From contig JAAILG010000015.1 in assembly GCA_012026655.1 (NCBI GenBank), positions 1-64,000 of the forward strand: a stretch of DNA of 64,000 bases, read 5' to 3'. Shown one piece after another: positions 22,888 to 34,711 of this stretch (its first letter is position 1; the number at the start of each line of letters is the position of its first letter). This DNA comes from Hydrolagus affinis (Eukaryota). The translations under genes were made by a program, and so were the position numbers. The notes beneath the pieces were generated by a model. It saw nothing but the letters and a program-made list of their open reading frames with translations, did not search any database and was not told the DNA's origin.

Positions 22888-23270
22888 TGTCAGGCTGGCT
22901 TGCAGGTTCAAGCCCCACATCAATATACTGTATTGAAATCATAGTCTAAGACTGATACTCCAATGCAGTGCTGAGAGAGTGCTGCATTGCTACAGCTGCC
23001 ATCATTTGGATGAGACGTTAAACCAAGGACCCATCTGCCTGTTCAGGTGGACTTTTACAGATCCAAAGGCACTATTCAAAGAGAAGGGAGTTTTGCTCGT
23101 TGACCAGGCCAACATTCCCCCAAATCAAATTTGTCTCATTTCATGGCTATTCATGGGACATTGCTGTGTGAAAACGTGACTTGCCTACAAAAAAAACAGT
23201 TACTGCCCTTCGCATTAAATTCTGTGAAAGTTCTTTGCAATTTCCTCCTGTGAAAGGCACTATGTAAAAG
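22888..23270 (+). mobile_element. Older long Deu-domain SINE (SacSINE1/AmnSINE1-like), near full length
   Basis: B box ggttcaagcccc; gagtgctgcattg..ggatgagacgttaaacc..ctgttcaggtggac..ggcactattcaaagag..gggacattgctgtg; tail gtgaaaggcactatgtaaa. Confidence 0.85.
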
Positions 23271-25823
23271 GAAAAAAATAATCTCACACAGGAATACGGG
23301 GATTGTTAGAATGTAAAACAACCAGGGCCCTGGAACGCTTTAAACCATGCAGGAAAATAGTTACTTTGCGGTTCTGTGGTTATCCGTGTCGTCTTTTGAC
23401 TGAAATAAGTAAAATGTATTGCTGATTTTAGCTGGGAACAGGCATGGCCAATTACACAGGCAGATGCCTCATTTTGATACCGCAGCATTAAGATAAATGG
23501 TTGCCTTCAGGTATAGAAATGAAAAGAATTAGGAAATTAAAGATGATATGAAGCTGTTTGATATCACTGCCGAAGATGTAGCGCTAGCTGCAATGTCCCT
23601 CATTAACAGTACTCAGCATCCAGTGCTCGGTCCGCCCGTCTCCCAGTGATCGATGCAAAAAGTAATAATTTTAAAAGTCTCTCGGCAAAATCCACAAAAT
23701 TGTGCATTACAGCAAATCTATTACTGACCGAGCCTAAAAATCTTCATACATGATTTATATTCCTGGATTCTAGGATCGCAATTAAGATCAACTCAACAGT
23801 ATTTCTGAATTGTCTTCCCATACGACAGTACTTTTAATGAGGCACTGTGCTGGTAAAATGAGGATTCATCAGTCTTCAATTTGCTGGGCCAACTTTTGAC
23901 CTTGGCTTTCGAACAGCGCTTTAGCTCTTCTGGAACCAAGTGGCAGGATTTCCTCTTCATCCATCGACTCTCCCCCTCCCATTTCCAGACCCCCACTCCC
24001 TCCCCCACCAACACACACACAGACATTCCAGGATCCTTATCACCTTTGCTTCCCCGCCCCCCTCCCCCGCCTCCCGCCCGAAAAAAAAATAGGATTCAAA
24101 CGATCTATTTGATTGAGGATCATTGAGTCTGTTTGATCTCGACCTTCCAGAACACTCTGTTCTCTCATCACAATATTCAAACTGTATCAACCACCTTTCC
24201 TTCTGTCCCGTTGCATCTTTTAATTGCCCCCAGGTAAAGCAATATATCCTGGTGTCTGCCCTGAAATTACTCTTTGCAATGCTGAATTTGTGGCCTCCTG
24301 TTCTGTGGATTTGAGAATATTGTTCTGTGTTTACTCCCTCCCTCTAGCCCATTTTAATTTTTAGATACCTGTAAGATCCCCTCTGAGATGTCACCTTTCA
24401 AGCCTGAGAAGCCCTAGCTAGCGTGTCTAATTGTCGTTCGTAGCTCATTCCTCCAACACTGAACCCTTTTTCTACAGCTTCTCAGGTGGATATTATTACT
24501 GGTCTTCAAAGTTTCAATGTAATTGTTAAATGGGGATTCGGCAAATCATGAGTGTGCCAAACTGTCAGGGGGAGAATATCGCACAGATTTACTGAAAGAA
24601 TGTGATTGAGTTACACAGGGCTCTGGCTGCCAATGTCGCCGCAGCCATATAGGGAAATAAATGTCAATTGTGAATATAAAGAAGAAATATATTCCCCCAT
24701 CTATGTGTGCACAAATACATACATATATGTCGCGAAATCCAGGTCTGATTGCCACATGTGTCTTCAGATAACTTCAGATAACATTTCCGTTCATAAGAAA
24801 ATATATACCGTACATAATTATTCATTAAGCATAATGGATAGTGCTTGTGAAATCAGAATAATTATAATGTAATGGTAATTAATAATAATAATCATTAGCA
24901 ATGAATATTTGAAGACATTGGCATATTTTTCCTGGGATTTCAATTGTTTATTGCCTGTGCTTTGACACCGGAACTCGAGACAAGCATACAGGTTCTAATT
25001 CCTAAATATTTAATACAAGAGAAAGTGGATGTGCCCAGAGGTAAAAAAAATGGGCTTTCCTGTTGTTCTAACACCAGATAAACCCTCACCACTGAATTCA
25101 TTGTCGTTTGATTGAAATGTGAATGTGCCCTCTAATGAGTCCATTTTCATCTGTTTCCCAATCTTGTCATCGAGGCTTGGCTTCACAGTGGTTGTTGAGG
25201 TGCAAAACAAGTCTGGTGTTGAACGAAACAAATTCCTATCTAATCGAAATCCTCCTTTATCTTTAACCACGCTCCTGATGAATATTTTTTTTTGAAAAAA
25301 GAAAAGCGGAACTAGCGCTACAATAGTGCTGAGTCTCTTTAGGAGATGTGACAGTGAGTTTGAATTTTATTCTCCATTGACTTCCAATCCATAGGCTTGG
25401 ATTGCCAGTCCCACTTAGTTAGTGTTTGGCCAGTGCAGAGGGATCCATTTCTGTATTCCAAGTGTGGTCGCTGGTGGATTAACTAAAGAACTGCACTGTA
25501 GACATTTTCATGGGGTGGATTATTCGTAACGTCTTGACATAGTAGAGAATGAATATGAGGCTTATTCATGTGTAAAGATTCACTATAATAACACATTTAG
25601 TATTGTTGCAAAGTCTTACCTAATATCACTTGACTTTAATTGCGCTTACTAAGGTTTTAACAAAATACACTGAAAACACTCAATATAATAATAGCTTAAT
25701 TTTACAGCTCAATTTTTGACAATGGGGCCTTGATTGCATTATTCATAGATTGGAGTTATTGAGCTAATCATGGTTTGTAGATTGCAATTACTGTATCTGA
25801 TTAGTCGATTCCTTTACTCTCTT

Positions 25824-26238
25824 CCATCACCCAGATTCAATTCAAGATCCTGGTCCTCACCTTCAAAGCCCTCCATGGCTTCGCCCCATCCTACCTTTGC
25901 AACCTACTAACCACCTACCAACCTGCCCACAACCTCTGCTCAGCAGGCTCCGGCCTGCTCTATATCCCCTGACCCACTCACCTCATCATCGGTGGGTGAG
26001 CCTTCAAGCACTCTGCTCCCAACCTCTGGAATTCCATCCTGCAGTCCCTCTGCATCGTCCCCTCCCTAGCCTCCTTCAAGTCCCGCCTCAAGACTCTTCG
26101 ACGGTCCAATCGGTCACCCCAAATCCCCTCCTTTCTCTCCACCCTCCCCAATACCAACCCCAGCTTAGGTCTGAAACATTGACTGTCCAGTTTCTTAGGA
26201 CGTCCTCCCGACGTGAAAGGTATAATTTTGTTGTTTGT
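25824..26238 (+). mobile_element. L2 LINE 3' end (ORF2 C-terminus + 3'UTR)
   Basis: Translates to IQFKILVLTFKALHGFAPSYLCNLL...AFKHSAPNLWNSI...SFKSRLKT with stops. Followed by a C-rich UTR, ggacgtcctcccgacgtgaaagg and a (TTG)n tail. Confidence 0.92.
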
Positions 26239-27989
26239 TCAGACATTGCTAACTTGCGATACACAATTTGCTCTCTGACAATTTTGCAATCTGACATTTG
26301 CTTATACTGTATTGTAAATTCTGTCTGAATCTACAAACGTTTTGCTTTCCTTTGCTAACATACCTGATACTTCGTTGCATATGGCTAATTGCCCAACAGT
26401 ATATAATGTGAAGCGTTTTGAGAAGTTTCAACAATGTGATATGGCATTATATCAAATGTAAAGTTTATTATTATATGATGTTTTATAATGCAACACTAAG
26501 CCCCTGATATTCTCTGCAGCCAGTTCGATTATAATGGCCCCAAAACAGTGTCATAATGCAAACCTAAGCTATACCCATGTTGAGACTTTTAAAAATTGAA
26601 CACAACAAATTTATTAACAGTACTATTGAGCCACACACTATTTCAGAGATCTTAATGGCGATATCTAATACAGTCTAATACAGCACATTATTTCTGAAGC
26701 CTATTGTATCAAAGAGGGGGAAAAATGGGTTGCAGGGGCTTGACGATTGAGCTTGTTCAAAGCTCTTTGTGATCGCTGCACTGTGGTGAGGCAGCAGCAT
26801 TCTTCAGGATGTAATGCAAGTGGTGGAGAGCCTTGAAATGGTCTCTATAGGAGTAGTTGACATGTAACAAGAAGGTCAAGGGTAGGATTCATCAGCCTGC
26901 CTGCCACTCAATTTGTACGTGGTTTGGATGGGTAACTTCAATCGTCTTCCACTCATTGATTCATCCTGTAGATTGTATTGTGTAGAGTGCTATAAGAGGT
27001 GCCGTCTCGGGGAGAGATAAGCACGGCCGAGTAAAGGAAAAGGAGGAAGAAAAATTTGCTGTAAAAGACAGATGGCGAGGGACGGGATGGCTAACTTGCA
27101 ACAAGCTAATTTGTCAGGCACGTTTCTCACTTGGTTTGCGCGAAGCTTGCACCCCCTCCCAGCCGTTGGGAGATTGGTGTCAAAGGCTACAGCATTTCTG
27201 ATGCTACCGAAGTGTGCAAGACTCAGTCTCGCTGCCAGGTCAGTCAGTGAAGGCTTACGGTTTGTACAGTATGTGCAGTGAGTAAAACATACACCGAGTC
27301 AGGGTTACAGACCATTGTGGTACTTTCATTACTCGATGGATATCGCAGTCAAAATGGACTAACTCAACTTGACAGGTCTCATTTGATATTTTTAGCTCTG
27401 GCACAAAATGAGACTTACCAGTCATCAAGTGTTTTGCTGCTCAATGCAGAAGAGCAAAGAATATATAAAACAGCATCCCCTCCCCCTCCCACCATAGCGA
27501 AAACAGCCCTGTAGCAATAACAAATCATTATCACATGCCAATGTATTGCCAAGTTCACCTCATAAAATTGGGGTACAGAATGGGATACAGTGTGCTCGTT
27601 TTGCTTTATAAAAAAAACTTACACAAATGTTTCAAGTAAACTGTCTACAATGTTGTGAACGTTGTGCCGCTTTTAACTTCGATATGTTATCATCCACCAC
27701 TACATTTTCACCTCAGATGCCAAAAAATTAGTCTGGAAAGCAGATCCTACAGGAGAAAATAGAAGCAATGAGATTTCACGGCCAAACAACAGATAAGCTT
27801 TTGCTGGGAGTATGTTACGTCTATCTCCTGGTCGTTTTCAAATTCTTCTTATGTCTAATACATCTTTTTAATTTTTAATCTTTACAATTCCTAATCCATA
27901 TTCTTTTGCCCTTATGCTCTAAATCAATTAACCTGCTATCAGATACATTCGCTATTGAATTGAAGAGGTAGCACATTTTGTGATAAGTA

Positions 27990-28103
27990 CCATGTTTCGC
28001 CGAGAAATATACAGTCAATTCACTTTACAGTATATTCTGTGAAGCGCTTTGAGGCATCTAGAAGACGTGCAAAGCGCTGTATCAAATGCAAGGGTTATTA
28101 TTA
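27990..28103 (+). mobile_element. SINE 3' fragment (young family)
   Basis: atatacagtcaattcactttacagtatattctgtgaagcgctttgagg..atcaaatgcaagggttattatta. Confidence 0.85.
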
Positions 28104-28965
28104 TGGGCAGAAGTTGTCGGACTCTGCTACTGTAAAGCCCTATTGGCCTCTATCCATGTAAATGCAAGTTGCTGCTGTTGTGTTCTAGAGTCACGTTATT
28201 TACCGTGTGTGCTTGAAACTCAAGGCTGCCGTCAACAACAACAACAACTTGCACTTATAACAACACCTTGCAAGCAGGGTAACGTCTCCGGAGTATTCTG
28301 AGTAGGGTCGACAATGAGTATTCATGAAATGGATGACATAATTTTTTTTAACCACATATTTAATGTGCTTGGCAAAAAAACAACAACTTGAGTTTGAGCT
28401 TCTGTGGTCATGCCCACACTTGGTGGTGTGCGTGCGCGATGGTGCAATCGAGCGATTGACTTTTCAAGTTATGACCTGCTAAAAAAAAATATTGGGTCCC
28501 ACCGATTGGATGATATTTACGTTTGAAGTATTGATTTTGCTCGTCTGCTCAGGCAGTTGACCTTGATGTAGAGCCTCACCATGACCACAGTGTAGCTATT
28601 GTCCCATATTTGTCACGCTGACACGTTTCAAGAGCTGCGCTGTCATACGAGCTCTGATTTTCTAAGCAGCCGGACTAATGTATGGAAGTTTTTTTTTATT
28701 TGTGTGATACTCATTTTATTTTTAGACGACAGTCAAAATAATAATCAATTGGAATAAAAGAAATGATGGCAAACGGTCAACTTCCTATACTGAACAGAAT
28801 AATAACTTTCACATGTATAAAACACTCCAGCCTTCTACCAGCAGCAAATGTTTTGAATTCCACTGCTCCCGACCTGACTGTTCTGCGCTTTGGGACGTCC
28901 TCCCGACGTGAAAGGCGCCTTATAAGTGCAATTTTGTTGTTTGTTGTTGTTGCTTGCAGAGTCAG

Positions 28966-29295
28966 GCAAAATGTCTACACTCAGATAGTTTTGGGGATGT
29001 GGAATGCCCTGCCCGATAAGATGGGAGAGACAGAGTCCACGACTGGCTTTAAGAGGGAAACAGTCATGTATTAGAACAGTAGAGCTTGAAAGGGATTGGG
29101 GATAGAGCAAGGCAGCGAGATTGAATGTATAATAATAATGGTCCTTGCATTTGTTATAGCACTTTATCACAACATTGAGACATCTCAAAGTGCTTCGCAG
29201 GATATATTGTTAATTGAATACCTTGCTCAAAGACCCAGTGCAGACTCAATGTACTGAATGGCCTTGTTCTTTTCTGTAAATTTCCATGATTCTAT
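28966..29295 (+). mobile_element. CR1 LINE 3' end with nested minus-strand SINE tail (~29128-29215)
   Basis: Translates to YTQIVLGMWNALPDKMGETESTTGFKRE (CR1 FTQRVV..WNALP..FK). Ends gaatggcct...ccatgattcta, the CR1 ATTCTATG-type tail. Confidence 0.85.
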
Positions 29296-31065
29296 AAGTT
29301 CTCACAGATACAGAACTTCTTATTTTAATCTTAATAGGCAGCATTGAATTGGTCCATTTGCCTGTCTGGCCTCACCTAAGTGCTACAGTAATATTCCACT
29401 ACTGATGGCATGGGATGATTCTGAACTGCTTTCCTGTTCAGTTTCTGGTTGAGTTGAGCATGTTGATAAGAAACTAAGGGAACAGCTCGGCATTGACAGT
29501 GTAATGTAAGGTATTAATTGTGTAAATGCAAACCACTCCATTTTAATCAAAGAACCATGAACTTGTTAGGATCTTCAAAGTGCTTGGCTGGATCTGGAAT
29601 TCTTTCAGTTGATCAATCCTAATTATTGCTGGAGTGCTTTGAGTTATCATCACAGGCAATGAGGACTAGATCGTAGTGTAATGTTCTGTCATCCTGCAGT
29701 TTTGTGATTGGATTTGTACATCACTGTCAGTTCTAAAGTTAGCTAGATTAATGTCCATTCCCCCAGTATTGGTCACTTGAGGAATTTGCTGACCAGAGTA
29801 AAACCGAGCCACACATCCCAAAGGCACTTAACTCTGTTTGGGTTCTGTGCTGAGTAGGATGATTATTGTAGACTGGAGGAGAGAACAATCTCCAGTGTCT
29901 TTAGTGGGGGGTGAGGAGGGCAGAGGCAGGTTGGAAATTAGTTCAGCTTATTTTTAAATTCCACGTGGAATTTATTGCATTGCAGATCTGGAATAAAAGC
30001 TGCCTAGTCCTGTTTCACACAATTATAAGCATTGCTGTGAGGAACGAGCCTTTCTCTGCTGAGGTGTGGAGTCACCATTAATTGGGTCCATCCATGTGCA
30101 CTGACTCAGATGCAGTTTGAGGCAGTCAAGCACGCTGCCGGGAAGAAAATCCTCTTTGCGCTAAGCGTGTTGGCTTTGCTAAAGCATGATTATAATGGCA
30201 AATCATCATGACAGGATAAACAGGTTGATAGAATATTTCCTGTTTGCTCTTGGGGAAGAGATAAACGGTACACTTTAAGCATATCAGATTTGGGGATGTA
30301 AGACATTTAAATGCAGATGTAAGATCACGCTTGTATCCCTTCTCTTCCCATCCAACTCTCCTCCCCTCCCCTCCCCCCCACCCACCCCCACCACTGGAGA
30401 AAAAATATTAGAAAAGGTACTTTTCAGTGGAATATTTAATGCAATATTCAAATTCTGAAATGTTTTACTGTTCTTTCTCCTTTCAAATAATTTCTGAACA
30501 ATGAGCTTTAAATCCACATCTAAGCAGTTATTGCACAAATGTTGTGCTTCACTATCACTGAGCAGCCATAGCCACACTCAGTACAATGGAGTGAGAACTC
30601 CAGCCTGAAAGAGCAGTGCTAAACATGTAGCAACGTGAAACGTAAACGACCAGTGAATGAACATTTGCTGTTCATTCGGCTTTCAGTGCCACAGAGTGAG
30701 GCTTGGCCTACAATATGGTCTTAGTTGCTGCCAGGGATTTAATTTCAGCGTGGAAGCAACCTTCAGTCTCATTGAGTCAAAAGTTATTTGGCTGGAGGCG
30801 AGAGGTGAAGGGCAGGTTTGGGAATATCTGAGTGGCCTGATTCCCATCAAGTCATGAGAGCTATGGGGGAAGCTGGGTGAGGAATCTATTGGGTGGCGAT
30901 TACAAAAGGGAATCCTTAAGAAAGAATCCTAGCAAAAAGGATTCCTTCTGTCACACCAAGCTTGGGGACTCTGCCTCAAAAGCAAAGTGCCATAGAACGG
31001 AGTTCCTGTGTGTCAACGCGACACATTTATGCTTTATTGGGAAATCCTGGTAGAAATATAATATA

Positions 31066-31457
31066 AATATAATAATCCTTGCATTTGATATAGCACCTTA
31101 TCATGTTGTTGAAGTGTTTCAAAGTGCTTCACAGAACATATAATATAATAATCCTTGCATTTGATATAGCGCTTTTCACATCTTCTCGATGTCTCAAAGC
31201 GTGTCACAGAATATACTGTAAAGTGAATTGACTGTATATTTGTGCGCGAAATGCGGCAGCCAATTATGCACGGCAGTGTCCCACAAACAGCAGTGGATTG
31301 AAATTACCAATTTTATTATTGTGTTCTTTTGGGAGGGATTACTATTAGGCGTGCGAAGTAAGGAAACCTACCCAAGGTTTCGCTCTGACCTGCCTGGATT
31401 CGAACACAGTATCAAGCTTGAAAGGCGAGTGTTCTAACCACTGAGCTATAGTACTCC
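31066..31457 (-). mobile_element. Full-length young SINE (31143-31457) plus an adjacent second tail (31066-31140)
   Basis: A box TAGCTCAGTGG and B box GTTCGAA on the reverse strand, Deu core, and two successive aatataataatccttgcatttgatatagc tails. Confidence 0.92.
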
Positions 31458-32338
31458 ACGTATTGAAATGACTGCATGCTGTATTAGACTCGGTTACAGT
31501 ATTTGGATGGGGAGTTTTGAAGTTGAAATCCCCGCTTTGGCCTAGTGCAACCCCTCTTTTAACAGCGAATGACGTGACCCTGTGCCAAAGCTGCCACATG
31601 GGGCAATCAGCTCCCTTTCACAAGCATTCTGTGTCTTTCATGTGCCAGCCAGCACGCACTGTGATGAATGCCAGCTGCAGGCAAGTAAATTTATCTTTTG
31701 CATGACGTGGAATGATTGAGGAAATTCAACATCGACGATCAACATGAATAATATTGTAGCTGTCCGGTATTTAGAGCAAGTTTTGAAAACATTTCTGGTG
31801 CGAAAATAGATCCAATAAATTTCCAAGCCGTGGACGAGACTGTACAATGGCACTTTCCTTAGAACTCCCGACACTAGTATATCGCCTAGTGGTTCTTAGT
31901 GGCAGAGACAGAATCTCAGTGGTTTGGAGCTAAGGCCTCGGGTAGAGCCCAAGAATCTGCACAGAAGTGAGCGAGGGAGGGAGAATTTGAAATCTCCTCT
32001 ATTTGTGTTGCATTCACACGCAAGCCGGATGTGAGTGTTCACCTAACCACCTCTTTAGCACGGGATGCCATTGTATAGTTGTCCTGGCAGCTGGGTGCTC
32101 TGTAGGAGTAGTCTGGGCACACGGCCCTCTTGATTTATTGTTGACGTCTGTGCAGGATCACGGAGCTTCCATTCGCAGCCGTTCTGTGTTAGACCAGCTC
32201 AGGTAGGAAGCAGTCGGATCTCCTAGAGGGCCACTTGCACAATGGAAACTGTTAATCTATCCCTCTCACTCGAATCCTGATTAACCAGTTTTTTCTTAAC
32301 ATCAATTTAAGAAATTTGCCACTTTAGAAATTCCACCT

Positions 32339-32413
32339 TCCCCTCCCAACCACTCCCCGCCCCACTCCCCCCTCCCCCGCCCCACCCCCCCCCTCCCCCA
32401 TCCCCCCTACCCC
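32339..32413. repeat. C-rich low-complexity tract (G-quadruplex-prone on the minus strand)
   Basis: More than ten runs of 3 or more C. Confidence 0.8.
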
Positions 32414-33739
32414 TGCAGCACAAAGTAACTTTCCAATGCCCACCTCCAGTCACTACAATTTACAGTGTATCCCATGAAGCGCTTTAGGACGTCCTTCTGG
32501 CACTATCAATATGCAAGGATGATGATTATTATTATTGTGTACCCTCGCTTAAAACAACTCTTATCTAAGTAGCTTCCATCCATGTAATGTCTTTCATGGA
32601 AAAGAAAGCACTTGGGAACCAAAGCCGGGGAGTTTAGAGATTTAAACACGTTGACCGATGGCGCGGTTTAGACATGCGTTGACGACATGGGAGCCGAGGC
32701 AGCAAGGCAAATTGATTTGGGAAGCGCGTGGCAGGCAGCAGGGATACAGTGATTGAAAACGAGTGTACAAGTGTTAGATCACTGCTGAATATCCAGTGCG
32801 ATCCCATTCTCCTATCAATCACTGCCTTCGCACAAAGGAGAAAGTGTGGAATTGGGGAAAGCCCAATTGCCCAACCAGTTCTTTCTACACATTGTGCACC
32901 ACGTGCCCTATGCATTTCATCTGCTGCAGGAAATGTTCTGTAAACTATCTCCCTGACCTTAAAGGTAATGAAGTGAAGCCAAACACGTACAGGATATGCC
33001 TCCATTATTCCTCTCTGGCCTCCCGCTTTCCATCAATGACATTTGAATGGTTGAAGGGTCCAGCAGCACAGGGATGAACCATCACGCTCCTCAGAATATT
33101 CGATCATCTTTGTCTTTTCATATCTCTATAACCTTCGGTCTGATTCCTAATGAGATATTTGACTAGCTCATTTTATTTTCTTTAAAAAAAAGCTGATTGA
33201 CAGCGTACTTTTTCTTTGACGAAGGAGCGATAAAGGGTTATGACTTTCTTGTGAGTTGCAGATTTCTCAGCAAGTGGATTGTTTCCTGTTCAAATAAGGT
33301 GAAAAATCATAAGCCGTGTAGCCCATTCTTACATGCACAATACAATTTACAGTGACATAGCGTCTTTTATGTCAGGAGGATGACTCAAGCATGAGTTTGA
33401 TTAAAATGGACAACTTCCGGGCCATTAGACGACTACCACCAGTCATTTAATGCTCGGGGCAGCAAAGAAGTGATGTCGGTGGTGACCTGATGTCCCGAAA
33501 GTCTGGCTTGTGTGGCTGATGCACGGGGAAAGCGCTGAAAAGCTGGATCCTCGCAATGAAATCAGTTATTGTGTCTCACTATAACGTGGGTTGGGATTTT
33601 ATGGATATAATGAGGCTCCAGTGTCTAGCCTACGCAGTGGTATATGTGATTCAAATGTCGGCTGATCTTTATATGTCTTCCTGGGCTTTTATAAACATTG
33701 TTTGTCATCATTTGAAGCTCTTGATGTGACTACAACCGA

Positions 33740-33970
33740 GAATGTGTGGGGCATTGCTGTGCGGAAATTGTCCATCACCTTCGCCCACAAAATGCACATC
33801 CGCTGCACTTTACAGTATATCTTGTAAAGCTCTTTGAGGCCTCCTCCCAATGTGAAAGGCGCTTTACCAAATGAACAACAGCAACAAAATTACATTTGTA
33901 CTGTATAGCACCTTTCATGTCAGGAGGACGTCCCAAGGCACTGGACATATTAAGGATTATTATTATTGTT
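33740..33970. mobile_element. Plus-strand SINE 3' half with a minus-strand L2 tail (33873-33946) inserted in its tail
   Basis: gtgaaaggcgctttaccaaatg | aacaacagcaacaaaattacatttg..ggacgtcccaaggcactggac | ..aaggattattattatt. Confidence 0.8.
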
Positions 33971-34493
33971 TTAAACTTGCTACTTCGCATTATTCTATGG
34001 TTCAGAGCTGACTAATTTATTAGTAAAATACCGATAGATTAAACAGCTCAGGCGTATGCAGCGATTCACAAGATGCACAGTGTTTAATAATACACAGTAA
34101 CATGATTACAATGTCCCAGGGGATACACAATTTGTCACAATACAATGGAAGAAGCGGTTTGAAAAAGAGAGTTTGCAAATTGCGAAGTGTGGGCAGATCT
34201 GTCGCATATGCTGCTGTTTTGCGAAAGAGTTCCCGTGGAAACCGAGGCAGGGAATTTTGCTAATCACCCCAGTTACATCAGCAACCTTCTGTTATTCCTA
34301 AGGCAATACCCAGTAACGTAGCCCAGACATCTCTTCTAGAAAGTCCTCTTGTTTGTGCCATTTTGGTTGTCTCTGCAATACTGCTTTCTGCCCCACTATA
34401 TTCTGAGAGAAGCCATACATCACACATGTGTGGAGTGCAACATAATGGCGCAAGAGGTTAACACTGTAGGCCTCTGATGGATTTTATTTTGTA

Positions 34494-34711
34494 GTCAGCC
34501 AAGCTTAGTTGGCAACACCCTTGCCTTTGAGTCAGAAAGTTGTGGGTTCAAGTCCCATGTCTCATATTGGGACTTTGAGATTATGTCCTGGGCTGACATT
34601 GCAATTCTCAGAGTTTGCTGTCCCACAGATGAGATTGTTGAAGCGAGATCCCGTCTGCCTGTTCAGGATCTGTTCAAGAACCCATTATACTATTCTGAAA
34701 GAGAAGGAGTT
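34494..34711 (+). mobile_element. Older long Deu-domain SINE, 5' half
   Basis: gtcagccaagcttagttggcaacacccttgcctttgagtcagaaagttgtgggttcaagtccca head; cccgtctgcctgttcagg body. Confidence 0.8.
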
